A DNA stretch of 64,000 bases, from assembly GCA_002359735.1 (NCBI GenBank), contig DENS01000018.1, forward strand, positions 52,819-116,818, given 5' to 3'. The position numbers and the translations under genes were made by a program. The number at the start of each line of letters is the position of its first letter. Position 1 is the first letter of the stretch. The DNA comes from Micavibrio sp. UBA2638. Its GTDB lineage: Bacteria; Pseudomonadota; Alphaproteobacteria; Micavibrionales; Micavibrionaceae. The notes under the pieces are model-generated. The model had not been told where the DNA came from and searched no databases. It worked only from the letters and a program-made list of their open reading frames with translations. Below, one piece after another: positions 63,653 through 64,000 of this stretch.

Positions 63653-64000
63653 TCTTGTCAAAAACTCAAGTCATGGCCGTGCTCCCGGCGGGCATTGGCT
63701 TGGTGCGCTAATAATATTTATCATTGGCTTTATAGCGTTATTTGGCGGCCTCGAACTGTTTTGGCGAGCGCAAGGTCATGCGCCTAGCATTAACGATTCG
63801 CAGAGCTTGTGGGCTCAGCAAAGAGCCTTGATCAACAAAAATGCGGGCAACCCTAAAACCACTGTTTTGGTTGGCGCTTCTCGTATCCAGCTTGGTTTTG
63901 ATACGCAAGTTTTCCGTGAAACTTACCCTGACAGACCGCTTGTAAATCTGGCTATTGACGGAAGTCCATCCGCCGCTGTTTTGCGCGATCTGGCGCTGGA
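63621..64000 (+). CDS. Partial CDS (126 codons, open at the right edge): membrane-anchored partner of the MBOAT protein
   Basis: Own translation: MTVPSFTSSSDLVKNSSHGRAPGGHWLGALIIFIIGFIALFGGLELFWRAQGHAPSINDSQSLWAQQRALINKNAGNPKTTVLVGASRIQLGF.... There is no stop before the window end. It overlaps the MBOAT 3' end by 32 nt in another frame. Confidence 0.5.
   Translation, partial: MTVPSFTSSSDLVKNSSHGRAPGGHWLGALIIFIIGFIALFGGLELFWRAQGHAPSINDSQSLWAQQRALINKNAGNPKTTVLVGASRIQLGFDTQVFRETYPDRPLVNLAIDGSPSAAVLRDLAL

Noticed and set aside
1-64000. Looked for CRISPR arrays, rRNA/tRNA genes, transposases, integrases, phage genes, and toxin-antitoxin or known defence-system genes
   Set aside because: No regularly spaced direct repeats, no tRNA-like or rRNA-like stretches, and none of the translated ORFs resembles a recombinase, a phage protein or a defence protein. 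The patatin and MoxR/vWA genes sit in housekeeping-type contexts rather than conflict-system contexts.

Overview
This is 64 kb of densely coding bacterial chromosome. Hand counts of a few 60-nt lines give roughly mid-40s % GC. Gene content suggests an aerobic or microaerobic alphaproteobacterium (inference): a fixNOQP/fixGHIS-type cbb3 oxidase locus, a TIGR02302/DUF4175-type Gln-rich protein, DUF1194, and a MoxR-DUF58-BatA_N cluster. I found no rRNA, tRNA, CRISPR array, transposase, integrase or phage genes.

Left to right:
(1) A minus-strand operon encodes an outer-membrane factor, two unusual HlyD-type membrane fusion proteins, and the first 47 codons of an M50/site-2-protease-like gene. No classical pump gene is visible.
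(2) Housekeeping genes follow: CDF transporter, patatin, ABC-F Uup, ArsC/Spx-family protein, HI0933-type flavoprotein and a GNAT-nitrilase fusion.
(3) A Bat/MoxR-type envelope cluster comes next. Its DUF4175/TIGR02302 gene appears split into two intact ORFs on opposite strands.
(4) A TetR-controlled RND efflux operon.
(5) fadA and a fadN-like gene for beta-oxidation.
(6) An oxygen-response block: ompW with a perfect FNR box, a Crp/Fnr regulator with a C-terminal Cys cluster, and ccoNOQP-ccoGHIS. ccoQ and the short form of ccoS are not called as such in the ORF track.
(7) An OmpR/histidine-kinase pair.
(8) A lipid-modification cluster: FAD oxidoreductase, DUF1365, Cfa-like methyltransferase, chalcone-isomerase-like protein and DUF3833.
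(9) A TPCP-motif P1B ATPase with a long structured, motif-rich leader.
(10) LysR, a Cys-depleted zinc-ribbon protein, nhaA, a SulP transporter, a beta-CASP MBL hydrolase, a LOG-family protein, an orphan secreted protein, and an MBOAT acyltransferase plus a partial partner gene.

The strongest candidates for something undescribed are the OMF + 2xMFP + M50-like operon (1-4696), the split and inverted DUF4175 gene inside the MoxR cluster (20548-23422), and the leader region of the TPCP ATPase (54533-54900). All family assignments come from reading the translations; no database search was run.
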